Below are positions 55,487 to 64,000 of a DNA stretch of 64,000 bases, in pieces; the first letter of the stretch is position 1, and the number at the start of each line of letters is the position of its first letter. The notes below the pieces were generated by a model that saw nothing but the letters and a program-made list of their open reading frames with translations, searched no databases and was not told where the DNA came from. The position numbers and the translations under genes were made by a program. This DNA comes from Terriglobia bacterium. GTDB lineage: Bacteria; Acidobacteriota; Terriglobia; Versatilivoradales; Versatilivoraceae. The stretch lies in NCBI GenBank assembly GCA_963665655.1, contig OY762429.1, positions 2,224,503-2,288,502 on the forward strand. Direction: 5' to 3'.

Positions 55487-56257
55487 ATGATTCATGCGTC
55501 CTTTGACCTGAGTGGAAAAGTCGCCGTGGTCACCGGAGGCAACCGCGGCATCGGACTGGGGATCGTTTGGGGCCTCGCCGAAGCCGGGGCGGGAGTGGTC
55601 GTGGCCGCCAGGAACGAGGAAAAATCCCGCCAGCTGGTCCGGGAAATTCAAGAGGAAGGGGGAGAGGCGCTGGCGGTAAACGTGGACGTCGGCGACGAGT
55701 CTTCGGTGGAGTCCCTGATGCAATCCACCCTGGAACATTTCGGGCGCCTGGACATTCTGGTCAACAACGCCGGCATCAATATCCGCAAGACTCCCGAGAA
55801 ACTGACCCTGCCCGAGTGGTCGGAGGTCCTCCAGGTCAACCTTACAGGAATCTTCCTCTGCTCCCGGGCGGCCTACCCAACCATGAAGAGCGCCGGCGGG
55901 GGCAAGATCATCAACATCGGCTCGATGCTGTCCATCTTCGGCGCCTCCTTCAGCCCGGCCTACGGCGCCAGCAAGGGAGGGGTGGTACAGCTCACCAAGT
56001 CGCTGGCCTCGGCCTGGGCGGCGGACGGCATCCAGGTCAACGCCATCCTTCCCGGCTTCATCGACACCGACCTCACCCGGCAGGGCCGCCGGGACGTCCC
56101 CACCCTGCATGAGCACGTCTTGAAGAGGACTCCGGCCGGCCGCTGGGGCACCCTGAAGGACTGTGCGGGAACGGCCGTTTTTCTGGCCTCGCCCGCTTCC
56201 GACTTCGTGACAGGCGCGGCCATTCCGGTCGACGGCGGTTTCTCGATGCAGGTGTGA
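55487..56257 (+). CDS. SDR-family oxidoreductase (3-oxoacyl-ACP reductase-like)
   Basis: VAVVTGGNRGIGLGI cofactor motif, a catalytic YGASK tetrad element and NAILPGFIDT. 256 aa. Confidence 0.75.
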   Translation: MIHASFDLSGKVAVVTGGNRGIGLGIVWGLAEAGAGVVVAARNEEKSRQLVREIQEEGGEALAVNVDVGDESSVESLMQSTLEHFGRLDILVNNAGINIRKTPEKLTLPEWSEVLQVNLTGIFLCSRAAYPTMKSAGGGKIINIGSMLSIFGASFSPAYGASKGGVVQLTKSLASAWAADGIQVNAILPGFIDTDLTRQGRRDVPTLHEHVLKRTPAGRWGTLKDCAGTAVFLASPASDFVTGAAIPVDGGFSMQV

Positions 56258-56396
56258 CGGACCGATCCCAGCCGCCGACTCCCGGCCAAACAGCCCGTTC
56301 CGCTTCAGTTGTTCTTGGTGGCCCTTGGTGGTCCTTCATGCAACTCCGCGGATAACTCGTTTCTGCCGTTGCGGTCAGTTTCTCAAATGCTTCCGT

Positions 56397-57674
56397 TCAC
56401 CGGGTGACCCGAATCTCACGGGCTTCGATGACGGTGCCGGACTTGTCGTGCCAGTCGTGCCATTGGCTCTCCCATTTCTGAAGGACCTCTTCTCTCGACA
56501 GGCCGTCGATCACGATGCGGCGGGACAGTAGCAGGCAGGTGTCGGGACCGGTGGGCGCCAGCAGCGTATAGCCCACCGTGAGCGGATCGGCGACCTTGAC
56601 GGGCCTGCTCCAGGTGTGCCCCTTGTCGAAGCTGGCCATGACGTAGTCCCCGGCGGCCGCCGAGGGATCCTCGATGCCGACCAGCGACCGGTACCGCTGC
56701 CGGTAGTCCCTGAGGGCCCCGACATAGGCCCCGCCGTCCACTTGGGAGGGAATGGCCTTGAAGGGCCTCCACCCGAAGCTGCACACCAGGGCGCCGTTGG
56801 GCAGAACCGCCATCATGGGCGAGAGCCCAAGGGTCTTCAAGGGTTCCGGAGGCCCCCAGGTCTCTCCTCCATCCATGGAGCGCGCCTGGTACATGGGCGC
56901 ATAGCGCCCGGTCCTCATGACGCTGAGAAGCTCGCCCCCTCCCAGGTCCACCAGGGCCGGCTCGCAAAAGCTCTCCTGCCCGCTGACGCCGTCGTAGGCG
57001 ACCGTGGAGCGATAGTGCCAGCTCCGGCCGCGGTCGGTGGAAGCCAGCAGGAAGGTGCGATACTTGAACCACTTCTCCCCCCTGGTCGGAACGAATCCGG
57101 GCATCGGCGCCGTGTCGCCCACGAAATTCCCGCCCTTGGCGGTCAGCAAGGTGCCGTCCTCCAGTTCCAGCATCGGCCCGCCAAACTTGAAGGTGGTGAC
57201 GGGACGCCCGTCGTCGCCGTGCAGGTCGGTCCAGCGCTCTACCCTCACCGGCAGCTCCGTCCACCGATCCTCGGCCCAGGAAGAGGCGTCGTCCAGATCG
57301 GCCAGTTCCAGCCGCCGGCCCACGAAGTGCCCGCGCTGCTCGGCATGCCGGGTCAGGGGGTCCAGCACGCAAAAGGATCCATCCCGAAGCTGCAGCAGTT
57401 GGCGGCTGGGAAGTTCCGGCGCCCGCAGCCAGGCGCCGCCCCCGTCGCTGGACCGATGGGAGAACCCGGAGTCACCCAGAACCAGTGTTCCGTCCTGAAG
57501 AGCCAACAGCGGTCCCACGCTCCACCGTCCCTCGGCGGCAGCCCCGGGAACAACCCGGCTGTCTCCGACCTCCACCACGGGCTGGCTCCGCGGCGGCGGC
57601 TTCGCTCCCGAGCAACCGCCTCCAGCCAAGAACAGGACCAGGGCCAGACCGGAAACTCCTTTTCTCGCTTGCAT
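56397..57674 (-). CDS. BNR/Asp-box repeat (sialidase-like) lipoprotein
   Basis: Lipoprotein signal (LALVLFLAGGGCSG) and several Asp-box repeats (STDRGRSW; SMDGGETW; SFDKGHTW). 425 aa. Confidence 0.6.
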   Translation of the reverse strand: MQARKGVSGLALVLFLAGGGCSGAKPPPRSQPVVEVGDSRVVPGAAAEGRWSVGPLLALQDGTLVLGDSGFSHRSSDGGGAWLRAPELPSRQLLQLRDGSFCVLDPLTRHAEQRGHFVGRRLELADLDDASSWAEDRWTELPVRVERWTDLHGDDGRPVTTFKFGGPMLELEDGTLLTAKGGNFVGDTAPMPGFVPTRGEKWFKYRTFLLASTDRGRSWHYRSTVAYDGVSGQESFCEPALVDLGGGELLSVMRTGRYAPMYQARSMDGGETWGPPEPLKTLGLSPMMAVLPNGALVCSFGWRPFKAIPSQVDGGAYVGALRDYRQRYRSLVGIEDPSAAAGDYVMASFDKGHTWSRPVKVADPLTVGYTLLAPTGPDTCLLLSRRIVIDGLSREEVLQKWESQWHDWHDKSGTVIEAREIRVTR

Positions 57675-57859
57675 GATTCCTCCTGATGATCGATTCTTGC
57701 AGGGTCCTGGTTACCCGAGGGAGGCCCCGTTGCGGACCGCACCCGCGCAGGCTGGAAGTCGGACCGCCGAATTATGCCGCATCTCCAGGGGGAAGCCAAC
57801 CCGGACGGGAAACCCCGGAGAAGACCGGTCGTCTTTAATCCAACCATAGGAGGACTGTC

Positions 57860-59119
57860 ATGTTGGCCTTCGATCGCCGCCACTTTCTGTCATCGTTGAC
57901 CGGTGCGGCCGGCGCCCTGCTGGTGGGCCCCGGTCACGATCGGAATTCCATGCATGCCGCGGGAACCGAGCCGAAGCCCGAGATAAGCATCACCGACGTG
58001 AAGACCACCATGCTGGAGGTGGACTGGGGCTGGCGGCGGCGCTGGATGCTGATCCGCATCGATACCGACCAGGGGATCAGCGGCTACGGCGAAACCTGGG
58101 CCAATGATGCCGCCCGAGCCCATGTGCGGGGCTACCGCCAACTGCTATTGGGCGAGGACCCCACGGAGGTCGAGAGGCTGTTTCGACGGATGATGGGCCG
58201 GGCCTACGGCAATTTCGGCGCCGCCCATTTCGACAGCGGCGTGGCCGCCCATGCCGCCAGCGGCGTGGAAACCGCCCTTTGGGACATTGCCGGGAAGGCC
58301 CTGGGCGCCCCGGTATACAAGCTGCTGGGGGGAAAGCACTGGGACCGGGTGCGCCTCTATTGCTGCGTGGGCGGTTTGCAGGACTATCTACCAATGGCCG
58401 ACGTCTATAAGGAGTTGGGCATCACCTGCCTCAAATTCGATGCCACGCCCCCCAAGGTGCTTGGGGTCCCGGGCGCCGTCATGGACAGCCATCTCACCCG
58501 CAAGGGCCTGAGCCGGCTGGTCCGTCAGATCGAGGACATTCGGCGGGAAGTCGGCGAGGAGGTGGAAATCTCGGTCGAGGCCCGCTGCGGAACCCTGTCC
58601 AACGCCATGCGCTACCTCAAGGCCGTGGAGCCCTTCGACCTCACCTGGGTGGAGGATCCCATCCCGGCCACCGACGTCGAGGCCTGGGCGACCCTGACGG
58701 CATCCTCGCACACGCCCACCCTGGTGGGGGAGGGACTCCACCTGCGCCACGAGTTCCTGGAGTTCTTCCGGCGGTCGGCCACCCGCCTGGTGGCTCCCGA
58801 CATCCAGGTCAGCGGCGGCATTGCCGAATCCAAGAAGATTGCGGACCTGGCCGACATCCACCACCTGCAGACCTGTCCTCACAACGCCTCCAGCGCCATC
58901 GGCATTGCCGCCGCCGTTCACTCCTGCGCCGCCATGCCCAACCTGCTGGCGCTGGAATTCCACGCCATGCCCGGTTGGGACCGCATTCTCAAGGGATACC
59001 GGCCCAGGATCAGCAACGGGTTTATCGATATTCCCGAGGGACCGGGACTGGGGGTGGAGCTGGACGAAGAGGAATCCCGCAAGTACCTGATGGAAGGGGA
59101 AACCTGGTTTAGGACTTAG
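57860..59119 (+). CDS. Enolase-superfamily enzyme (mandelate racemase / muconate-lactonizing enzyme family) with a Tat-type signal
   Basis: Twin-arginine N-terminus (MLAFDRRHFLSSLTGAAGALLV). MR/MLE N-terminal capping region and a TIM-barrel with metal-ligand region (WVEDPI; EF at the C-terminus). Confidence 0.65.
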   Translation: MLAFDRRHFLSSLTGAAGALLVGPGHDRNSMHAAGTEPKPEISITDVKTTMLEVDWGWRRRWMLIRIDTDQGISGYGETWANDAARAHVRGYRQLLLGEDPTEVERLFRRMMGRAYGNFGAAHFDSGVAAHAASGVETALWDIAGKALGAPVYKLLGGKHWDRVRLYCCVGGLQDYLPMADVYKELGITCLKFDATPPKVLGVPGAVMDSHLTRKGLSRLVRQIEDIRREVGEEVEISVEARCGTLSNAMRYLKAVEPFDLTWVEDPIPATDVEAWATLTASSHTPTLVGEGLHLRHEFLEFFRRSATRLVAPDIQVSGGIAESKKIADLADIHHLQTCPHNASSAIGIAAAVHSCAAMPNLLALEFHAMPGWDRILKGYRPRISNGFIDIPEGPGLGVELDEEESRKYLMEGETWFRT

Positions 59120-59310
59120 CTCGGCGGCGAATGTCTGCGACTGAGGATCGATTCCCACTCCGCCGGCTGGCGGCAAACTTCACTCACCGCTTACGCGCGT
59201 GGAACTATCGGACTGGTTGCCTTCCCGAGCCGCCCTCAGTCAGGCAGTCCCAAGCGGGCCTGCACCCAGCGGACCCTTGGGAGCGCTGTCCGGCTTGGAT
59301 GCGGATTTCC

Positions 59311-59586
59311 CTATGAGGCGTGTTGCGGTTCGGTGAGGTGCTGGAGGTGGGCTTCAACCCGGGAAAGACGCTGTTGAACGTCCTTCGTGTCCTGACGAAG
59401 GTTGTTGATGGCGTTTTTGAGGTCTTGCTTCAAATCCCGGTTCATGCGCCAAAGCGCAACAACGTTGGCAATACCAATCCCGAGGACAGATAGAACCGTT
59501 TGATAGTCCATCGTGCGGTAGACCCTATCGTTCCATGAGGCGATTTCGCCTCCGACTTGCCACTTATTCGGCCTTGCCCTTCCCAA
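59311..59586 (-). CDS. Small hypothetical protein (91 aa) with one hydrophobic helix
   Basis: ORF with somewhat lower GC, a central TM-like segment (VLSVLGIGIANVVALW) and a coiled-coil-like C-terminus. No domain. Confidence 0.3.
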   Translation of the reverse strand: MGRARPNKWQVGGEIASWNDRVYRTMDYQTVLSVLGIGIANVVALWRMNRDLKQDLKNAINNLRQDTKDVQQRLSRVEAHLQHLTEPQHAS

Positions 59587-59701
59587 CCGACCTGGCCCGA
59601 AGGCGGCACACGAACTGTGTCATTGGTCCGACATCCCGTTCGACCGGCGGAGCACCGCGTTTGCCCCTGGACCGGACTTGGCCGCTCAGCGGGGCCGGGG
59701 G

Positions 59702-61072
59702 CTAAACCAGCTCGTGGACGGGCTCTCCCTGCTTGTCGCCGATGGAGTTGGCGATGTAGATGGGCCGGCGCCCGGGACCCAGGTAGGTCTTGGTCCAATC
59801 GATGCCCAGGGCCTTGTAGACGGTGGCGAAGAGATCCCCGATGGTGACCAGGCGTTCCGCCACGTAGGCCCCCCGCTCATCGCTGGCTCCCACCACCTGA
59901 CCTCCCTTGATGCCGCCGCCGCCCAGCACCAGGGACCAGCAATGACCCCAATGGTCTCGCCCCCGACCCGGATTGATGTGGGGGGTGCGGCCGAACTCAC
60001 CCATTACCAGGACGATGGTGGACTCGAACAGGCCTCGTTCCTTGAGGTCGACCAGCAAAGTGGAGAGGGCGCGGTCCAAGGGGGGAACGAGCTCTTCTTT
60101 CACATAGTAGTCGTTTCTGTAGTGGGTGTCCCAATCGTGCTTGGCCTCCTTGTTCCATCCGTCGATGGTCACGAATCGACATCCCGCTTCCACCAGGCGG
60201 CGGGCCAGCAGGGTCCCCTGTCCAAACCTTCCGGGCCCGTAGGCCTCCTGGGTCTTTTCCGATTCCTGGGAGAGATCGAAGGCGTTGCGGACCGCCGGCG
60301 AGGTAATGAGGTTGAGCGCCCTCTCGTTAAAAGAGTCGACCTTGGCGAAGTTGGCGTGGTTCTCCATCTGCCGGTAGCGTTCGTCCACCAGATTCAAAAA
60401 AGCGTGCCGGGCATGGAGGGCGTCCACCGAGACCTCATCGGGCAAGACAAGATCGGTGACCTTGAAATCCTTGGCTCCCGGCTCCGGGATGATGAAAGGC
60501 TCGTAGTGGGGCTCCACGAACCCGGCGCTGCGGCAGTTCAGCCTTCCCCGTCCGGTGGTCACGTAGGCCGGAATGCTGGTGCGCGTGCCCAGTTCCTTGG
60601 CGACCACGGTGCCCACGCTGGGAAAGCGGGTGGTGGTGGTGGGCATGTGCCCCGTCATGGCGTAGTAGGTGCCTTCGGAGTGGGCGTTGGACTCGTTCTT
60701 CATCGAGCGGATGATCGACAGCTTGTCCATGTGTCTGGCCACGCGGGGCAGCAACTCCGAGATCTGGATGCCGGGCACGTTGGTGGAGATGGGCTTGAAG
60801 CCGCTGTTCCCCTTCACGTCCCAGGTGTCCAGGTGGCTCTGCCCTCCGTGCATCCAGATGAGAATGCAGGACTGCGCCTTGGCCGGTTTGGCGGTGGGGG
60901 AGGCCATAAGATTGGACAACTGGAAATACTCGCTCAGGCCGAGGCCCAGATAGCTCAAGGCGCCCACCCTCAGGAATTCCCGCCGTCCCCAAAGGTGCGG
61001 CCAGGGCTCTTGTACCGTTCCTTGCCTTTTCATCGGATTCTCCTGTTCTTGTCCGGCCAAGCCGGCACGCAA
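59702..61072 (-). CDS. DUF1501-domain protein (sulfatase-like, Tat signal)
   Basis: Tat-like N-terminus (RREFLRVGALSYLGLGL). Sulfatase-fold motifs (CILIWMHGGQSHLDTWD; GEFGRTP). Paired with the downstream DUF1549/DUF1553 gene. Confidence 0.7.
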   Translation of the reverse strand: MRAGLAGQEQENPMKRQGTVQEPWPHLWGRREFLRVGALSYLGLGLSEYFQLSNLMASPTAKPAKAQSCILIWMHGGQSHLDTWDVKGNSGFKPISTNVPGIQISELLPRVARHMDKLSIIRSMKNESNAHSEGTYYAMTGHMPTTTTRFPSVGTVVAKELGTRTSIPAYVTTGRGRLNCRSAGFVEPHYEPFIIPEPGAKDFKVTDLVLPDEVSVDALHARHAFLNLVDERYRQMENHANFAKVDSFNERALNLITSPAVRNAFDLSQESEKTQEAYGPGRFGQGTLLARRLVEAGCRFVTIDGWNKEAKHDWDTHYRNDYYVKEELVPPLDRALSTLLVDLKERGLFESTIVLVMGEFGRTPHINPGRGRDHWGHCWSLVLGGGGIKGGQVVGASDERGAYVAERLVTIGDLFATVYKALGIDWTKTYLGPGRRPIYIANSIGDKQGEPVHELV

Positions 61073-61075
61073 GTC

Positions 61076-63727
61076 TCAATGATTATGGACAAACTCCCGC
61101 GAACTCACAAGCGCCCAGGTCAGAGACTGCAACCCTTCCCGGCGCGACGGCTGCTCGGCCAGCTTGGCCTCGATCCCGGAGAATTCCCGGTCGGAGGGAA
61201 AGCGAGTCAGAGCCGAGAGGTAGAGTTCCTCGATGATCTGCCGGTCGCCGGCCCCCTGCTTCAACAGACGGTCCACCCGGCTGCCTTCCTGGGTGAGCCG
61301 GGTGGTGAAGGTCGGTCCCGACAGTCGGTGCAGGCTCTGCAGCAGGGTGAGCTGGGGCTTGTTTTCCGGCACGCCCCGGCGATCGTTGCGGTTGTAGACC
61401 TCGAAGAAGGGTGAAGGAACCATTCCCGGAATCAGGCTGATGGCCCGCGTGCCCGGAGGAGCGCCGCTGGAGGCATCGGGCTTGTCGGAGACAACGAGCT
61501 CCGAATCCACCCCCGTGGCTTGAGTGATGGCATCCAGCAGCACCGGCGCTTCCAGCAGACGGGGCAAGGCCCGGGAATAGTTGACCTTGTCGTCCCGGTT
61601 GGTCTGGTTGGCCTGCCCCGACAACTGATAGGTTCGAGAGCGCAGGATGGTTCGCAACAGGTGCTTCAGATCGTAGCCGTAATCCACGAAATCCCGGGAC
61701 AACGCCTTCAGCAGTTCGGGATGAGTCGGCGGGTTGGTGGCGCGGAAGTCATCCACCGGCTCCACCAGGCCCCGTCCGAAGAAGTGGCCCCAGATGCGAT
61801 TGACGATGGCCTCGGCAAAGTAGGGGTTCTCCGGAGCGGTCATCCATTCGGCCAATCTCATGCGCAGGTCCCGCCGCTCGCTGTCAGGAAGAAGGCTGCC
61901 GTCGGGGAAGCTGGGCCGGACCTGCTCCTTGGTCCTGGGATGCAGGATCTTGGCCGGACTTCGATCCTTCCGCCGGCCATGCCCCTCGATGTCGTCAATC
62001 ACGAAATAGGGCCCGCGTATCTTCTCGACTTCCATGATCTGGGTCATGTCGCCGAAGAAAGCCGCCAGTCCCCAGAACTGGTCCTGGCTCCAGTTCTCGA
62101 AGGGGTGGTTGTGGCACTGGGCGCACCCCAGCCTCCGTCCCAGGAACACCCGGATCTGCTCGGTGGCGATTTCGGGAACCGGGGTCAGGTCCCGGAAGGT
62201 CCAATAGGACCAGGCCGGACCGCTGAAGCCCTGGGCCGCCAGCCGCTCTCTCGCCATCCGGTCGTAGGGAGCGTTGCCGGCAATGTTCTTTCGAACCCAG
62301 TCCTCGTAGATGAGCGCATGCTCCGCATTGAGCGTCGCCCCGGAATACACTCTGAGCACCTCACTGAAGAAATAGGTCCAGTACTCGACGTACTCGGGCG
62401 AGTTCAGAAGCGTCTCGATCAGAGCATCCCTCTTGTCGGGATCCCCGCTCGACAGGAATTCACGGACCCTGTCGGCCGGCGGCAGGGTTCCGGTCAGGTC
62501 CAGGCAGATGCGCCGCAGGAACTCGCTGTCGCTGGAGGTCTCGGAGGGAATGATGTTGAAACGCTCCAACTTTCCGAACACGTGCTCGTCCACGTAGTTT
62601 CTCTTCGCCACTTCGGGGTAGCGGGGCAGAGGCTTGGCAATGACTCCGAACCGGGCGCTGGTGGCCTGCCCGGCCGCGCGGATCATCACGGCGCTCTCAC
62701 CGATCCCCTTGGCCCTCACCACTCCCGACTCGTCCACCTCCACGATCTCGTGGTCGTTGGACTCGTAGAGCACCTGCTCGGAGACGTCTTCTCGGCGTCC
62801 GTTGGACATATGGGCGGTGACCAGCAGGCGGTGCCGTCCCTTGCGGTCCAGGACCACCTCTCGGGGCAAGACCTCCAGCCGCTCGATGCGGGCGCTCTCT
62901 TCGCTGCCCTCCTCGCCGTAGGGCGCGCCATCCCGGATCCAACGCAACAAGGTACGATAACTGGAGGACTCCGCGTTGAGCCGCAGGCCTCCTCCGTGGG
63001 GCACCGCCAGCGTGGGCTTCAGCAGCAGCAGCGACTGTTCGGGATCCTTCAGATTGACCCGGGGATTCTTCTCTCCGGCCGCCTCGGCCGACATCACCTG
63101 GTAGATCCCCCCTTCGGTGATCCAGCGGTAGTCCTCCTTGGGAAAGAGCGCGTTCACCGACAGCTTCAGGCCTCCCTGGCCCTTGACGCCCCCGTGGCAC
63201 TCGCTGTTGTTGCATCCCGTCTTGGTGAAGATGGCTCCGATATCGCGGGCAAAGCTGAAGGGCCTGGCCTCGGAGATCCCGTCGATCACGACCCCGGTGC
63301 TGGCCGTCCGGTCCCGGAAGGCGGCCGTCAGCACGACCCTTCCGTTGGAACGGGCCACCACCTTGCCCTCCCCATCGACCTCGGCCACCTGCGGATCGGA
63401 GAGGTCGTAGCGACCCTGGCCGGTGACGTCCCGCTCCAGGCCATCGGCAAACCGGGCCAGCAGCAGGAACTGCTGGGAAGCTTCAGCCCCCCAGATTTGG
63501 GGATCGCCGGGAAGCAGCCGGAGCGACACCACCGGCTGCGAAGCCTCGGGGGGCGTCGCCGCCCGAGGCTCTTCGCCGACGGCCACGCCGGGCAGCGCCT
63601 GAGCCGCCAGCATCGATCCCGCCAGCAGGACGACTCCCGGAATCGGCAACCGCCAGTGGCTGCCCCGACCCTCTGCCTTCCCTCTCTTCATGACCGCCTC
63701 CATTTCCCTTTCACCGCCGCCAATCAT
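61076..63727 (-). CDS. PSCyt/PSD (DUF1549 plus DUF1553) domain protein with an N-terminal Ig-like region
   Basis: Signal peptide. TGCNNSECHGG and LGCAQCHNHPFENWSQDQFWG (the DUF1549 CxxCHxHPF-type motif), then a long DUF1553-like C-terminus. 883 aa, with a 4-nt gap to the DUF1501 gene. Confidence 0.7.
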   Translation of the reverse strand: MIGGGEREMEAVMKRGKAEGRGSHWRLPIPGVVLLAGSMLAAQALPGVAVGEEPRAATPPEASQPVVSLRLLPGDPQIWGAEASQQFLLLARFADGLERDVTGQGRYDLSDPQVAEVDGEGKVVARSNGRVVLTAAFRDRTASTGVVIDGISEARPFSFARDIGAIFTKTGCNNSECHGGVKGQGGLKLSVNALFPKEDYRWITEGGIYQVMSAEAAGEKNPRVNLKDPEQSLLLLKPTLAVPHGGGLRLNAESSSYRTLLRWIRDGAPYGEEGSEESARIERLEVLPREVVLDRKGRHRLLVTAHMSNGRREDVSEQVLYESNDHEIVEVDESGVVRAKGIGESAVMIRAAGQATSARFGVIAKPLPRYPEVAKRNYVDEHVFGKLERFNIIPSETSSDSEFLRRICLDLTGTLPPADRVREFLSSGDPDKRDALIETLLNSPEYVEYWTYFFSEVLRVYSGATLNAEHALIYEDWVRKNIAGNAPYDRMARERLAAQGFSGPAWSYWTFRDLTPVPEIATEQIRVFLGRRLGCAQCHNHPFENWSQDQFWGLAAFFGDMTQIMEVEKIRGPYFVIDDIEGHGRRKDRSPAKILHPRTKEQVRPSFPDGSLLPDSERRDLRMRLAEWMTAPENPYFAEAIVNRIWGHFFGRGLVEPVDDFRATNPPTHPELLKALSRDFVDYGYDLKHLLRTILRSRTYQLSGQANQTNRDDKVNYSRALPRLLEAPVLLDAITQATGVDSELVVSDKPDASSGAPPGTRAISLIPGMVPSPFFEVYNRNDRRGVPENKPQLTLLQSLHRLSGPTFTTRLTQEGSRVDRLLKQGAGDRQIIEELYLSALTRFPSDREFSGIEAKLAEQPSRREGLQSLTWALVSSREFVHNH

Positions 63728-63733
63728 CCCTGA

Positions 63734-64000
63734 CTATTTCCCGACCGCATCCCCGGGAACGGCTTTTGCCACCGATCCGGCAACCACCATCAGGGGCACC
63801 TCGGCCACCGGGATGGTTGGACCGGGCCTGCTCCCGATCAAGGGCCGGGCCGTGAGGCGGACCGACCCCGGCAGGGCCATGGCCCGGGCGTCGTCCTCGG
63901 CATGGAACACCATCACCGCCTGCAGCACGTCGGGAAGATAATTGTATTTCCGGAGGGTCTCGTAGCGCGGTTTCCCCTTGATCTTCAGGATGCCGGTGCC
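63734..64000 (-). CDS. 3-prime part of a hypothetical gene continuing beyond the window end
   Basis: The minus-strand frame is open from the window edge to the stop at 63734 (ORF 63734..63928 is the Met-initiated tail). No recognisable domain in the visible 88 aa. Confidence 0.3.
   Translation of the reverse strand, partial: GTGILKIKGKPRYETLRKYNYLPDVLQAVMVFHAEDDARAMALPGSVRLTARPLIGSRPGPTIPVAEVPLMVVAGSVAKAVPGDAVGK

Noticed and set aside
61520-63733. 737-aa plus-strand ORF
   Set aside because: It is antisense to the PSCyt/PSD gene.
1-64000. CRISPR arrays, rRNA/tRNA genes, integrase/transposase genes
   Set aside because: I found no regularly spaced short direct repeats, no rRNA-like segments, and no recombinase signatures (tyrosine/serine integrase or DDE) in any frame. 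I cannot exclude tRNAs without a structure-based scan.

Overview
This 64-kb window is high-GC bacterial chromosome interrupted by an island of visibly lower GC at about 5.7-25.5 kb. The backbone is densely packed with housekeeping genes: the 3-prime end of a GT9 heptosyltransferase-like gene, citrate synthase, a DsbA/VKOR pair, rimI, tsaB, mutS, anmK, panCB, folK, ruvAB, rex, queA, ETF-QO, uvrA, apt, and a DUF1501 plus PSCyt/PSD (DUF1549/DUF1553) pair. That pair, together with a small bacterial-microcompartment shell locus (one BMC-H, three tandem BMC-P, a class II aldolase and Rex), points to a PVC-superphylum-like or acidobacterial lineage. The island sits between tsaB and rimI, two genes that are normally adjacent, and it has no integrase or transposase. 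Its right edge carries an imperfect ~63-bp duplicate of the tsaB 3-prime end. On one side the island encodes a DNA phosphorothioation (Ssp-type) modification cluster: an sspA-like cysteine desulfurase divergent from sspB (DUF4007), sspC (large P-loop ATPase) and sspD (PP-loop PAPS-reductase-like). Convergent to it is a tightly coupled 7-8 gene minus-strand operon that matches none of the Ssp/Dnd restriction partners I can recall (no SspE-type DUF262/DUF1524 protein, and no match I can make to SspFGH or DndFGH). It encodes a PLD-like nuclease fused to an SF2 DEAH helicase, two small proteins, an SMC/RecF-like coiled-coil ATPase, a cytoplasmic protein with an N-terminal GHKL ATPase plus a complete histidine-kinase core (H-box, N, G1 and G2 boxes), a 633-aa protein with receiver-like N-terminal motifs, and a protein with a C-terminal Mrr-like PD-(D/E)xK nuclease domain. 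This operon is the best candidate in the window for an undescribed phosphorothioate-linked or stand-alone defence system with a phosphorelay-like signalling core. Other notable items are several inverted and direct repeat structures in intergenic regions, a class III aminotransferase pseudogene, a short UvrA apparently lacking the insertion domain, an orphan RHH gene upstream of folK, and a small low-GC PD-(D/E)xK-like gene next to a perfect 20-bp inverted repeat. Every call rests on reading motifs in the supplied translations. No database search was run, so family assignments are from memory of signature motifs and all percentages are by-eye estimates.
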